From an uncultured virus (IMG/VR IMGVR_UViG_3300049827_000124) (lineage: Duplodnaviria; Heunggongvirae; Uroviricota; Caudoviricetes), in IMG/VR virus record IMGVR_UViG_3300049827_000124: DNA of 21,491 bases, one strand, 5' to 3'. The translations under genes were made by a program, and so were the position numbers. Positions 1 to 7,973 of this stretch are shown piece by piece. The notes under the pieces were generated by a model. It was not told the origin of the DNA. It did no database searches and was given only the letters and a program-made list of their open reading frames with translations. The first letter of the stretch is position 1. The number at the start of each line of letters is the position of its first letter.

Positions 1-164
1 TCTTGACGTTCTTCATCGTCATATGCTGCATAACTAGATCTGTGGTCCACAAAGAAGTAGATAAAGCTTAGTTCTTTAACTGTAAGCTTTTCAAATTCAG
101 GGATAGTCAGGGCATACACTGATGGTATGACCATGTTATTATTTACCGTTAGCAAGTCTTTCAT
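1..164 (-). CDS. Conserved phage protein, partial (runs off the window start)
   Basis: Own translation from ATG at 164: MKDLLTVNNNMVIPSVYALTIPEFEKLTVKELSFIYFFVDHRSSYAAYDDEERQ... It overlaps the end of the HU/IHF-like gene. The KEL-x-FIYF-x-x-D-x-RS-x-Y motif resembles a protein I recall beside IHF genes in crAss-like phages. Confidence 0.7.
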   Translation of the reverse strand, partial: MKDLLTVNNNMVIPSVYALTIPEFEKLTVKELSFIYFFVDHRSSYAAYDDEERQ

Positions 165-372
165 TTTTCCTTCTTTTTAGTTCGTTTATGTGGGCAATCC
201 TAGACTTCTTTGCATGAAATTTTCCAAAATATGGGAGCCTAATTGTTTCAAAATCTCCAAGCTTGATAATCTTAGCAGCATACTTGAATTGGTGGTACAC
301 CATATCTTCTACTTTGTTAAGAGGAAGATTATACTTAGTTGCCAGCTTCTGGATTATCGTCTTTTCTTTCAT
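139..372 (-). CDS. HU/IHF-like DNA-binding protein
   Basis: 77 aa, basic. N-terminal helices (IIQKLATKYNLPLNKVEDMV) followed by IRLPYFGKF, matching the HU/IHF 'V-x-L-x-x-FG-x-F' motif. Confidence 0.75.
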   Translation of the reverse strand: MKEKTIIQKLATKYNLPLNKVEDMVYHQFKYAAKIIKLGDFETIRLPYFGKFHAKKSRIAHINELKRRKNERLANGK

Positions 373-664
373 CTTTTAATTTTAAAGGTTTTCCACTTTC
401 CCCAACTTTAATTTTTGGCCATCTAGATGGTTTGTCTGGACATGCTTGACTTTGCCAAGCTCCTTTAGCTTCTACCCAACATCCACACAGACTGCAACGT
501 CCGTCTTTCTTTTCGTCTAAAACTAAGTTTGGACATGTGTTGCATGCATCCATTCTTTCTAAGAATTGTGCTTCGGTTACAGGCTTCATTCCTGAAGCTG
601 CATGCTTGATTACTGCTACTGTAAAGTTAGCTAGCATTTTAAGTCTTGATGGTAATTTACTCAT
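335..664 (-). CDS. Cys-rich putative Zn-binding protein (DUF6171-like)
   Basis: Pattern R-x-x-x-C-x-x-C ... C-x-x-CGC ... K ... CP ... W (RMDACNTC...CSLCGCWVEAK...ACPDKPSRW). Confidence 0.65.
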   Translation of the reverse strand: MSKLPSRLKMLANFTVAVIKHAASGMKPVTEAQFLERMDACNTCPNLVLDEKKDGRCSLCGCWVEAKGAWQSQACPDKPSRWPKIKVGESGKPLKLKDERKDDNPEAGN

Positions 665-782
665 GTGGAACTTCTGTTAATTGCAATAATAATACTTTAC
701 CTTTTCCATCCTGCACAACTGATAAGCACATGTTTTCAATGTAAAAGTATGTGATTACTTTATTTGAGTTGAATGTTATCAT
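657..782 (-). CDS. Small hypothetical protein (41 aa, not in ORF track)
   Basis: MITFNSNKVITYFYIENMCLSVVQDGKGKVLLLQLTEVPHE. Fills the gap exactly and overlaps both neighbouring genes. Confidence 0.6.
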   Translation of the reverse strand: MITFNSNKVITYFYIENMCLSVVQDGKGKVLLLQLTEVPHE

Positions 783-1090
783 TGTGGGGTGATGTTGATT
801 TGCACTTGCTCTTTCTTAAGTAGTGGGACCAAAGCATATCCGTTTGCTGTCTGCACGATAGCTTTTTTATCCTTCAATCGTTTAACGTAATTGTTTAACG
901 TGTTGTGATCTTTGATTTCCATTGCATCTGCTACTTTCTTTTTATTAGCAGGAGAGCATAAGTTTACAGTTTCACTTAAGTCAATTAGGTTAGCTAGAAC
1001 TCTTAACTCTGTGTCTGTTAGTTCTAGAATTCCGTTAAATACTTGAAGAAACTTAAGGGTGTTGTTTGTTTTGATGTTAATCTTCCTCAT
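779..1090 (-). CDS. Winged-helix DNA-binding protein
   Basis: LTDTELRVL...KKKVADAMEI...TLNNYVKRLKDKKAI...GY fits a wHTH pattern. Confidence 0.6.
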   Translation of the reverse strand: MRKINIKTNNTLKFLQVFNGILELTDTELRVLANLIDLSETVNLCSPANKKKVADAMEIKDHNTLNNYVKRLKDKKAIVQTANGYALVPLLKKEQVQINITPQ

Positions 1091-1346
1091 CTTCTTCTAT
1101 TTGTTTTCCGTTATCTAAAAGCTCAATTTTAGCTCGACCATCAACGATACGAACTTTGCATGTTGTGGAGTATGAGTTGAATTCATCTAGATGCTCGTCA
1201 ATGTTTTCTCTTGTAATCAAGAAAGTTAGGAATACCTCAAGCTCTTTTGCAGCTTTCAGTAATCCTGTTCTTTCTATTTTTGAGGCTTGGGCACCTAGTT
1301 TCAATGTCTCATAGTCTTCTATGGTCATTGTAACTGTTCCTGTCAT
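1077..1346 (-). CDS. Hypothetical protein
   Basis: 89 aa ORF overlapping both neighbours within the operon. Confidence 0.7.
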   Translation of the reverse strand: MTGTVTMTIEDYETLKLGAQASKIERTGLLKAAKELEVFLTFLITRENIDEHLDEFNSYSTTCKVRIVDGRAKIELLDNGKQIEEDEED

Positions 1347-1618
1347 TTTACTATTCCAAGAACTGCCATTGATTCGTTAATCATAACGTACTCTGAGTCG
1401 TTTAACTCAACGATTACTCCATCACTAGACGGATGAATGTAAACCACATCCCCAACTTTGCATTTGCAATCTGGGCCTGCAGCTAATACTGGAAGTACGT
1501 TAGAACGTAATTGTGATGCTGATCGATCTGATAAGATGATACCTGCATCTGTAACTTTTTTGTCCGGCTTTGGGACTACCAACCAGTCACGTGTTGGCTC
1601 GAAATTTAATTTTTCCAT
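1343..1618 (-). CDS. groES: Co-chaperonin GroES-like protein
   Basis: FEPTRDWLVV, mobile loop TDAGIIL, VLAAGP, KVGDVV and final E-x-x-x-VLGIV all follow the Cpn10 pattern; 91 aa. Confidence 0.85.
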   Translation of the reverse strand: MEKLNFEPTRDWLVVPKPDKKVTDAGIILSDRSASQLRSNVLPVLAAGPDCKCKVGDVVYIHPSSDGVIVELNDSEYVMINESMAVLGIVK

Positions 1619-1638
1619 TTGTTTTGATTTGCTTAATG

Positions 1639-1671
1639 CAAATGTATAACAAATGATCTTATATAAGCAAA
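1639..1671 (-). promoter_or_regulatory. Bacteroidota sigma-70-type promoter for the groES operon
   Basis: Minus strand TTTG (1671-1668), 21-nt spacer, TACATTTG (1646-1639); matches TTTG-N19-21-TAnnTTTG. Confidence 0.75.
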
Positions 1672-1675
1672 CTTT

Positions 1676-2122
1676 TTATTTAAACACTGCAACTATAGTA
1701 GTAGCAATGAATACAGAGGTAGTTAAGACAAATACTCCTGTTGAAACCTTATAAGTTCGTAGCTCTTCTTTGGTGTTATCAAGCTCAAGATTTAAGTTGT
1801 CGACATCTAGTTGTAGTGTCCCAATGTTCTCAAGGTTTATTTTATTTGAATTCTGACATTTAACATATGCATCATTTAAAGTCTTGATAGCCAAGTCTTT
1901 ATCTTTCAATCTTATTTCATAAGAATTAACGTTTTGATTTAACAGGAATTCACTTTTCTTACAAGCATCTAAGTCTACTAATGCTTTTAGTAGAATCTCT
2001 TCTTGCTTAGTTGTAAAGAATACTCCAGCTTGGCTGTTGTAATTAATTCTTTGGGGAGTAAGTTGCCCATAGCTGATCACGTTCATTGTTATCAGCACTA
2101 GAAATACGACCAATGACTTCAT
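1676..2122 (-). CDS. Exported coiled-coil protein with C-terminal hydrophobic segment; spanin-like candidate
   Basis: Signal peptide ending SYG|Q, long coiled coil, C-terminal GVFVLTTSVFIATTIVAVFK. Last gene of the lysis cluster, overlapping the upstream gene by 80 nt. Confidence 0.55.
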   Translation of the reverse strand: MKSLVVFLVLITMNVISYGQLTPQRINYNSQAGVFFTTKQEEILLKALVDLDACKKSEFLLNQNVNSYEIRLKDKDLAIKTLNDAYVKCQNSNKINLENIGTLQLDVDNLNLELDNTKEELRTYKVSTGVFVLTTSVFIATTIVAVFK

Positions 2123-2405
2123 CTCTGTCTTTTTTTATGTTAATGATTAGGTTTGCATTTGCAAGCACCTTGTATTTGTTGATGCTATCGTGATAAGCTA
2201 GGCTATCCACAATGTGCATTGTTTGTATTGAGTCAATCTTGAGCTCATACAAATCTGATATCACTTTTAATCTAGCATTTGCTTTTGATTTGGCTTCTTT
2301 ACTGGCCTGTAATTGTGAAACTAGGCCAAGAACTATGACTGTTAAGATTGCACAAGCTATAAATGCTATGCCTTGCCAGGAAATTGCTTTATTATTCTGA
2401 CTCAT
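2043..2405 (-). CDS. N-terminal membrane-anchored helical protein; i-spanin candidate
   Basis: One N-terminal TM helix (GIAFIACAILTVIVLGLV) followed by a helical domain; lies downstream of endolysin and holin candidates. Confidence 0.55.
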   Translation of the reverse strand: MSQNNKAISWQGIAFIACAILTVIVLGLVSQLQASKEAKSKANARLKVISDLYELKIDSIQTMHIVDSLAYHDSINKYKVLANANLIINIKKDRDEVIGRISSADNNERDQLWATYSPKN

Positions 2406-2634
2406 TTGATTTTGGTTTTCCGAATACTTTTGATACGTTTTCTACAGCTGTGAATCCCATTCCTGCCCCCGATAAAATCAATAATCCATCATAGATAAAC
2501 TCTGGGCAGATGTAAATTGTAAATGTTGACACATAGGCAATGACTAAGCATGTCAAAAGAGCTAGGAATGACCCAACTCTTTTGTAGCTTACATCTCCTT
2601 CAGCAGAAAACATTGACTTTATCCATTTTTTCAT
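2392..2634 (-). CDS. Putative holin (2 TM)
   Basis: 80 aa, two hydrophobic segments, S-x-KR motif before TM1, charged C-terminus; in the lysis cluster. Confidence 0.6.
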   Translation of the reverse strand: MKKWIKSMFSAEGDVSYKRVGSFLALLTCLVIAYVSTFTIYICPEFIYDGLLILSGAGMGFTAVENVSKVFGKPKSNESE

Positions 2635-2798
2635 TATTTCTCTCTTAACTCATCGTTCAACTTTTCTAATCTTTCGATTAATCTTTGCTTTTCTCTCCTG
2701 TCTTGTTGCAAGAACTTGTATATTACAAACCCCATTACTACACAGAGTACCCCAAGTAATCCAAATTCAAAAAGTTTGTTAATTATGGTAGTTTCCAT
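2634..2798 (-). CDS. Small single-TM protein, holin/antiholin candidate (54 aa, not in ORF track)
   Basis: METTIINKLFEFGLLGVLCVVMGFVIYKFLQQDRREKQRLIERLEKLNDELREK: TM plus charged coiled tail (BhlA-like architecture). TAATG overlap with the next gene. Confidence 0.7.
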   Translation of the reverse strand: METTIINKLFEFGLLGVLCVVMGFVIYKFLQQDRREKQRLIERLEKLNDELREK

Positions 2799-2800
2799 CT

Positions 2801-3346
2801 TTAAAATTCTCTTAATAAAGTGTAAGTAAATTCTTTTCTACCTGTTGTTTCACAAGAGCTAATCAATGTTTTGAACTGTTCGGGATTGTCTAACACTTGA
2901 CATCCTGCAGACCACTTATCTATAAGTTTAGAAATAGCTGATGCATTAGCACGATGGATGTTAATTCCAAATAAGCCGGTATCTTCTTTACCTTGCTCTT
3001 CTGCAGTATCATCTTTGTCACCATCACGGTATACAGTTACAGGTTTACGTTGCACTAATGCTTTGTACTTACCTTGGTGTAATCCTAACTGATAGGCATC
3101 TACGTATTGTCCTGGTTTAAGGACTGCAGTTCCCTTAGGATTTAGCAAATTCTTTAACCAGTGAGTCCCAGGATTAGTAGTTCCTGAAAATACGTACATT
3201 ATTGGACCTTTAATCAAGTAAAAGTAATCATCAAACTTGTTTTTTTCGTTAGCTAATGACCGTGTTCCAATTATATGGAAGGCCGGCCATTCGTATCCAA
3301 GTTCCTTGAACTTGTTTTCTAGTTCTACGTAAGAGTATTTTTTCAT
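2801..3346 (-). CDS. Putative endolysin with L,D-transpeptidase (YkuD)-like Cys/His site
   Basis: GINIHRA...WSAGCQV gives H-x13-S-x-GC, similar to the YkuD catalytic motif; directly upstream of the holin candidates. Confidence 0.65.
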   Translation of the reverse strand: MKKYSYVELENKFKELGYEWPAFHIIGTRSLANEKNKFDDYFYLIKGPIMYVFSGTTNPGTHWLKNLLNPKGTAVLKPGQYVDAYQLGLHQGKYKALVQRKPVTVYRDGDKDDTAEEQGKEDTGLFGINIHRANASAISKLIDKWSAGCQVLDNPEQFKTLISSCETTGRKEFTYTLLREF

Positions 3347-3450
3347 TCTGGTAATTTTTCTTCAGTTACTTCCTCTACTTCAATAAATTCAACACGAACA
3401 AGACCATTATCATCGTATATCTCGTTTCTTATTGTTTTTGGCTCTGTCAT
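3343..3450 (-). CDS. Small acidic protein (35 aa, not in ORF track)
   Basis: MTEPKTIRNEIYDDNGLVRVEFIEVEEVTEEKLPE. ATGA overlap with the endolysin; directly follows the tail-fibre-like gene. Confidence 0.6.
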   Translation of the reverse strand: MTEPKTIRNEIYDDNGLVRVEFIEVEEVTEEKLPE

Positions 3451-3454
3451 TTTT

Positions 3455-5029
3455 TTACGCTTTGGTGATAAATAAAGCACAGTTACCAACAGTGGTTAGT
3501 GTCGGTGTTCCAAATGGCGATGGAGCAGGTGATGCGTAAGTAATACCCGTTCTTTGAAAAGCTATATTTGAATTTGCTCCTGTCATACTTAGCGTTAGTG
3601 ATGAAATAGAAGTTAGGTGCAAACGAGATGCTGCCGTACCATTTGTTTTAATACCTAGCCAATAACGAGTTCCCGCAACAAAACTGAATGATGTTGTTGC
3701 AGTTTTTAAACCTAATGTGGAACAGTCCAAATCTGCACTCTCGTATAATCGTGTGTTCGGTAATCCGTTTAAATCTGAATAAATAACAATGGTACATAAT
3801 GAACCTGCTGTTGCTGTTGTAACACTAATAAACAAATTACTAGTTGTAATTGATTGAGCAGGAATATAAGGTGCTACTCTGACCACTAAGCCTGTTTGGT
3901 TTGTCGCTGATGTACTTGCGGCTAATCCGTTGTATGTAACATCTCCGCTTGCCATTGGTACAATTGAATGCACTCCTGCTAGTGGTGTGTACCCAAACGA
4001 GTTTTGTTTGTTGTTAAATGTGTTCCAATCGGTTGAACTCAATGCACCTCTATTCGTTGCTGATGCAGTAGGTAGATTAAATGTATGGGTAGTTCCTGTT
4101 GAGGATATGGCAAAGTCTGTTCCTGTAGTTCCTGTCGCTAGCGTTTGAACAGCTCCTGTCAATGAGTTAATGGCGGTAATACCTGTACCTGCTAAGATTC
4201 CTGCCTGCTGAGTCACTGTTAAAATTACTGAAGCAGCCGATGGAGGAGGAGATCCTGCAGCATAAAACTGCATTGTTACACTAGCAGCAGCAGTTGTACT
4301 CCACACTAATTCGTAGTATTGACCTCCGACTACATCAAGCAGATAGTTCCATGAAGCTACACAATGCCCATTAACACCACCATGTTTAGATGGCACTCCT
4401 ATAAAACCACTTGACCCAGGTACATCTACTCCGTTTAATCGAAGCCAAATGGTTACATCATGTTCCTGAGTATCTGTGTTTTGAAATTGAGATGAGAACT
4501 GAAGATTATATACTCCTGTGTTATCAAAAGTTATACGAGTTAGATTAGTACCATTGGTTACTACCCGGACCTGATTCTCTAAATCAATAGTCCTGAATAT
4601 CATTGGATAACCCGTATTGCTCACAGCCGCAGTCTGAGTTACATCGTCTTGCCATGCTCCATAATATCCTAATGGTGTAGGAGTGGCTGTATTATTAATC
4701 GTAACATTCCCAACTCCAGTGGTTGGAGAAATAGAAATGTTAGATCCTGCTATAATTTTTCTAACCCCTGTATTTGAAATAGTAGTTAATCCATCTTTGT
4801 CTGTAGAGATAGATATCCCGGTACCCCCTTGAAGAAGATCCGAGATGTATCGAAAGCTAAATGTCTTTGGACGATTGAACTTAGATAGAGATACTAGGAC
4901 TTGATTGTCCCTTACATTATCAACCCTATCTCTACTGCCCCCAGTCTGGTCAAAATCAGCAAGTTGCCTTAAGCTGATGTCAACTTTCTTAGGGGCAGCG
5001 GTAAGTTTACTAGGGTTGTAAGTATCCAT
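3455..5029 (-). CDS. Tail fibre/spike-like virion protein
   Basis: 524 aa, T/G/S-rich. Fibre-type repeats (GVRKIIAGSNISISP; LPTASATNRGALSSTDWNTFNNKQ), a central C1q/BclA-like beta domain (ITFDNTGVYNLQFSSQ) and a distinct C-terminal beta domain. Confidence 0.7.
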   Translation of the reverse strand: MDTYNPSKLTAAPKKVDISLRQLADFDQTGGSRDRVDNVRDNQVLVSLSKFNRPKTFSFRYISDLLQGGTGISISTDKDGLTTISNTGVRKIIAGSNISISPTTGVGNVTINNTATPTPLGYYGAWQDDVTQTAAVSNTGYPMIFRTIDLENQVRVVTNGTNLTRITFDNTGVYNLQFSSQFQNTDTQEHDVTIWLRLNGVDVPGSSGFIGVPSKHGGVNGHCVASWNYLLDVVGGQYYELVWSTTAAASVTMQFYAAGSPPPSAASVILTVTQQAGILAGTGITAINSLTGAVQTLATGTTGTDFAISSTGTTHTFNLPTASATNRGALSSTDWNTFNNKQNSFGYTPLAGVHSIVPMASGDVTYNGLAASTSATNQTGLVVRVAPYIPAQSITTSNLFISVTTATAGSLCTIVIYSDLNGLPNTRLYESADLDCSTLGLKTATTSFSFVAGTRYWLGIKTNGTAASRLHLTSISSLTLSMTGANSNIAFQRTGITYASPAPSPFGTPTLTTVGNCALFITKA

Positions 5030-5259
5030 TAGTTAAGTTTCGTTCTAGCTTGAATGTACAAATGTGACTTCTCTTGCTCTGCAGCCATTACAGCCATTAT
5101 CCCTCGAAGCTCTTCATAGGTAAATTGTAAGATTAAGTCATCGGAGTCATTTAAGACTTGGATAACATTTTCATCAATATACACTAGAGCTTGCTCGGCC
5201 TCCTCATCATTCTTAGTGAAAGGAGGTTGATAAATTCCAGTCTTAAGATAGGTTGGCAT
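5029..5259 (-). CDS. Hypothetical protein
   Basis: 76 aa, TAATG coupling to the tail-fibre-like gene, promoter element just upstream. Confidence 0.75.
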   Translation of the reverse strand: MPTYLKTGIYQPPFTKNDEEAEQALVYIDENVIQVLNDSDDLILQFTYEELRGIMAVMAAEQEKSHLYIQARTKLN

Positions 5260-5277
5260 TTGTACTCAATTTGAAAT

Positions 5278-5285
5278 CAAAGATA
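5278..5285 (-). promoter_or_regulatory. Bacteroidota -7 promoter element
   Basis: TATCTTTG on the minus strand, 18 nt before the ATG at 5259; no clear -33 element. Confidence 0.55.
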
Positions 5286-5289
5286 ATCA

Positions 5290-5540
5290 AATTATTGGAC
5301 ATAGTTATCCCCTTGAGATTTTTTCGTTTAAAATTGACCTTCAGATTACTGCCGTCTTTAGCCTTCGGAGGAACATTTCTGTCAGCCTATAGTTTTAACC
5401 CTCCCCAGTATCCTATATCAATTCAATTTTTGCAACTATTGGGGACAACTTTTTCTAACTATGTTGATAGAAATAGAACCCAACTTCTGACCCCTTACTT
5501 TGGTTACCTCAGGGGTGATCGTATTGGCTTACGGTTGCAG
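5290..5540 (-). ncRNA. Candidate structured non-coding RNA or long leader
   Basis: About 250 nt with no credible co-oriented ORF, directly downstream of TATATTTG (5551-5544). GC-rich stems at 5490-5495/5511-5516 and 5402-5407/5440-5445. Confidence 0.4.
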
Positions 5541-5560
5541 ATGCAAATATAATAAGTTTG

Positions 5561-5698
5561 TTACCCTTGTCCTACTGAAAGTTTTCGATAGTTCTTTGAA
5601 CTTTTCAACTTTGAGTGTTTGGTCTTAGAATGGACTCCAGGTCTTTTGATTCTAGGTTTCGGATTGAATGTGCTAGATGTTTGCTTTACTTTGGCCAT
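5561..5698 (-). CDS. Small highly basic protein (45 aa, not in ORF track)
   Basis: MAKVKQTSSTFNPKPRIKRPGVHSKTKHSKLKSSKNYRKLSVGQG. K/R-rich with no acidic residue; TATATTTG element upstream at 5751-5744. Confidence 0.7.
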   Translation of the reverse strand: MAKVKQTSSTFNPKPRIKRPGVHSKTKHSKLKSSKNYRKLSVGQG

Positions 5699-5704
5699 CT
5701 TATC

Positions 5705-5860
5705 TTAGTGCTTTTCTAATGTGATTCTAATTGAGTACTTGTACAAATATATACTTAAGTACAATTCCCACCACAATTTATTTTCTGGTCTTACAAACTT
5801 GAAGTCAATCCCAATTCTTTGGGTAAGCTTCATCTTTCTTTTTGTTGCTCTTAGTTTCAT
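5705..5860 (-). CDS. Small hypothetical protein (51 aa, not in ORF track)
   Basis: MKLRATKRKMKLTQRIGIDFKFVRPENKLWWELYLSIYLYKYSIRITLEKH; fills the gap on the coding strand. Confidence 0.5.
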   Translation of the reverse strand: MKLRATKRKMKLTQRIGIDFKFVRPENKLWWELYLSIYLYKYSIRITLEKH

Positions 5861-5871
5861 CTTTTTAAATT

Positions 5872-6024
5872 TTAGCTACCACAGTATAGACAATCCTCAT
5901 TATCGTCGTCATAATATCCACTGATGATTTTCTCCATCTCGGTATTAATTTCTTCGTCGGTCCAGTCAGGGTTCTTCATCTTAACTTGGACTCTTAAAAA
6001 TTGGTATTGTTCTAGGCTGTGCAT
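5872..6024 (-). CDS. Small acidic protein ending in CxxC
   Basis: Start re-called at ATG 6024 (MHSLEQYQ...DDDNEDCLYCGS) because TATATTTG lies at 6039-6032, inside the longer predicted ORF. Confidence 0.65.
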   Translation of the reverse strand: MHSLEQYQFLRVQVKMKNPDWTDEEINTEMEKIISGYYDDDNEDCLYCGS

Positions 6025-6223
6025 TTCGTAACAAATATACGTAAAAATTGTTACCACACTATAGTAAGTAATGTCCGTTATAACTCCTAAGATTACTTGG
6101 TTTTATACCTTTAATGACACTTTAATGTGGTTTTTAAGAAATAGAAAAGCTGTTTTTTATTTTGTATACAATATGTTATGTTAAAACTGCATAGTCCTTT
6201 TATACCTAATAATGTTAAAATGT

Positions 6224-6254
6224 TTTGATTACACCTAATAGTTACGTATATTTG
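6224..6254 (+). promoter_or_regulatory. Bacteroidota sigma-70-type promoter
   Basis: TTTG (6224-6227), 19-nt spacer, TATATTTG (6247-6254), 16 nt before the ATG at 6271. Confidence 0.8.
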
Positions 6255-6270
6255 CATTAAAAGGTATAAT

Positions 6271-6819
6271 ATGAAAACTAATTTAATCTACTCTCTTTAC
6301 TGCCCCATTCATCACAAACCTGTTTATGTAGGTCAATCTAGTGTTGGTATGAACAGGCCATTCACACACATTAAAGAGAAATCTCACAGTGTTAAAGTTA
6401 ATGATTGGGTAAGACATCTTAAAGACCAAAACTTAGAACCAGTACTTGTAATACTAGAACATGACTTTGAAGACAAATATCTTAATGACAAAGAAAAGTT
6501 TTGGCTTAACAAGACTTTAAATGATGGACATCTTTTGTTAAACCAACAAGGGGTGTCTTCAGCATTTTATCAAGCAACCGAGTTTGATGTAGAACCTTCA
6601 ATTGATTTTCTTGCCGATATAAGACTGTATGTAAAAGGAAGAAGAAAATTACTAAAACTTACACAACCAGAGTTAGCAGCAAGGGCTGGTGTAGGATTAA
6701 GATTTGTGAGAGAACTAGAAAGTGGTAGCAAATCTAACTTCCAGACGGCATCTATAGAAAAAGTTCTTAGCTTATTAGGAAATGTTAAAATAAAAGTAGA
6801 ACCCCTTAATATTAGTTAG
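6271..6819 (+). CDS. GIY-YIG nuclease domain fused to an XRE (HipB/y4mF-like) HTH
   Basis: N-terminal IYSL...YVGQS...R-x-x-x-H...E...LLN. C-terminal RRKLLKLTQPELAARAGVGLRFVRELESG. Confidence 0.8.
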   Translation: MKTNLIYSLYCPIHHKPVYVGQSSVGMNRPFTHIKEKSHSVKVNDWVRHLKDQNLEPVLVILEHDFEDKYLNDKEKFWLNKTLNDGHLLLNQQGVSSAFYQATEFDVEPSIDFLADIRLYVKGRRKLLKLTQPELAARAGVGLRFVRELESGSKSNFQTASIEKVLSLLGNVKIKVEPLNIS

Positions 6820-6836
6820 ATGTTATAAATAACACC

Positions 6837-7123
6837 TGTCCGATATAAACGGACAACTCTTGTCGTAAGTATAGTAAACTTTTGAGACAAGGATTGTGGA
6901 AAATAATCACCAGAATAAGGCTTATAGTGGAAAATAATCCCCAACCCCTTTGCCAAACTCTGTAATAAAATGCTGCCAAACTCGGAAGTTTACCGAATTG
7001 TTTTGTATGATTTAACATGCATTAACATATAGAATTAACGATCTGCCTAATATAGCATGCAATTACATATAAGATGGTTAGCGACAGTAACCTACTGAAA
7101 TTTTTTTTGGGGAAAAATTTTTT
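6837..7123. repeat. Non-coding region with paired short direct and inverted repeats
   Basis: Direct repeats GTGGAAAATAATC (6896, 6927), TGCCAAACTC (6951, 6974), CATGCA(T/A)T(A/T)ACATATA (7016, 7056). Inverted repeat TGTCCG/CGGACA (6837-6855). A/T-tract palindrome at 7098-7123. Confidence 0.7.
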
Positions 7124-7208
7124 GAGAGTGATGCCCTACCTAATCAACGACCCCCACTAAGTCTCGGGAATCAAGAAGATCCCCATAAATTAAATAAATT
7201 ATCAGCTC

Positions 7209-7481
7209 ATGTCAGAAAAAATTACTGCTGCATCAGTCAGCCTTTGCTTTAAAGATAAAGCAATCTCAGGATTAATCCTTTCGTCCGTTGCCGCTTCTAT
7301 CGAAGATGTCAACGTAGACAAGAAATCAGGTACAATTACATTTACCGGATATGACTCACTCGACAAACAATTCGATGTCGAGAGAAAAGTATGTTTCGTT
7401 GGCTCGAAACATCCTAAATTCCAAGATATTCTTGCTGCCGCAAGAAAATCAGGAATTGTTACCAATGAATTGCCGGCCTAA
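7209..7481 (+). CDS. Hypothetical protein, first gene of the rightward accessory region
   Basis: 90 aa, A/T-rich leader, followed by a strong terminator. Confidence 0.75.
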   Translation: MSEKITAASVSLCFKDKAISGLILSSVAASIEDVNVDKKSGTITFTGYDSLDKQFDVERKVCFVGSKHPKFQDILAAARKSGIVTNELPA

Positions 7482-7487
7482 CGGCCA

Positions 7488-7512
7488 GGGGGACATTCGT
7501 CCCCCTTTTTTT
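7488..7512 (+). terminator. Intrinsic terminator
   Basis: GGGGGAC-ATTC-GTCCCCC followed by T7. Confidence 0.9.
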
Positions 7513-7684
7513 GAAAATTAATCTCTCGAGGCAGATCACGACACGTAGTAGTTGTAGACAAATCGGTGAGATAATTCTTGGTGACAAGGGTGTAAGTGAC
7601 TGAGTTCCAGGACACACACACCACATTCAAGGTCATTCGATTGATACCTCAAAATCAATCTATCAAACTATATAACACATTGTT

Positions 7685-7867
7685 ATGAAATACTTTCTAT
7701 TGACTATCATTATCATTGCTATGCTTGACAGCTTTGCATTGTTATATTTCTGCATCACATTACTTGAACCATCAGTATATGTACTATCATTTGTATCATT
7801 TGTTAGTGCCTTTACAGTATGGTTATTAGTATTCCACATCAAGGAATTAAGAGCCGGATCACGATAA
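7685..7867 (+). CDS. Small 2-TM membrane protein
   Basis: 60 aa with two hydrophobic segments and a basic C-terminus. Confidence 0.6.
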   Translation: MKYFLLTIIIIAMLDSFALLYFCITLLEPSVYVLSFVSFVSAFTVWLLVFHIKELRAGSR

Positions 7868-7973
7868 CATGTGAACCAAAGGGTTTAACTGTACCCATAG
7901 TAAACAGTTTACTTTCCAACAGCATTGAGGTCTGATTTGCCAAGCCAAGTCTTTCGACTGATATGTTGTTGGT

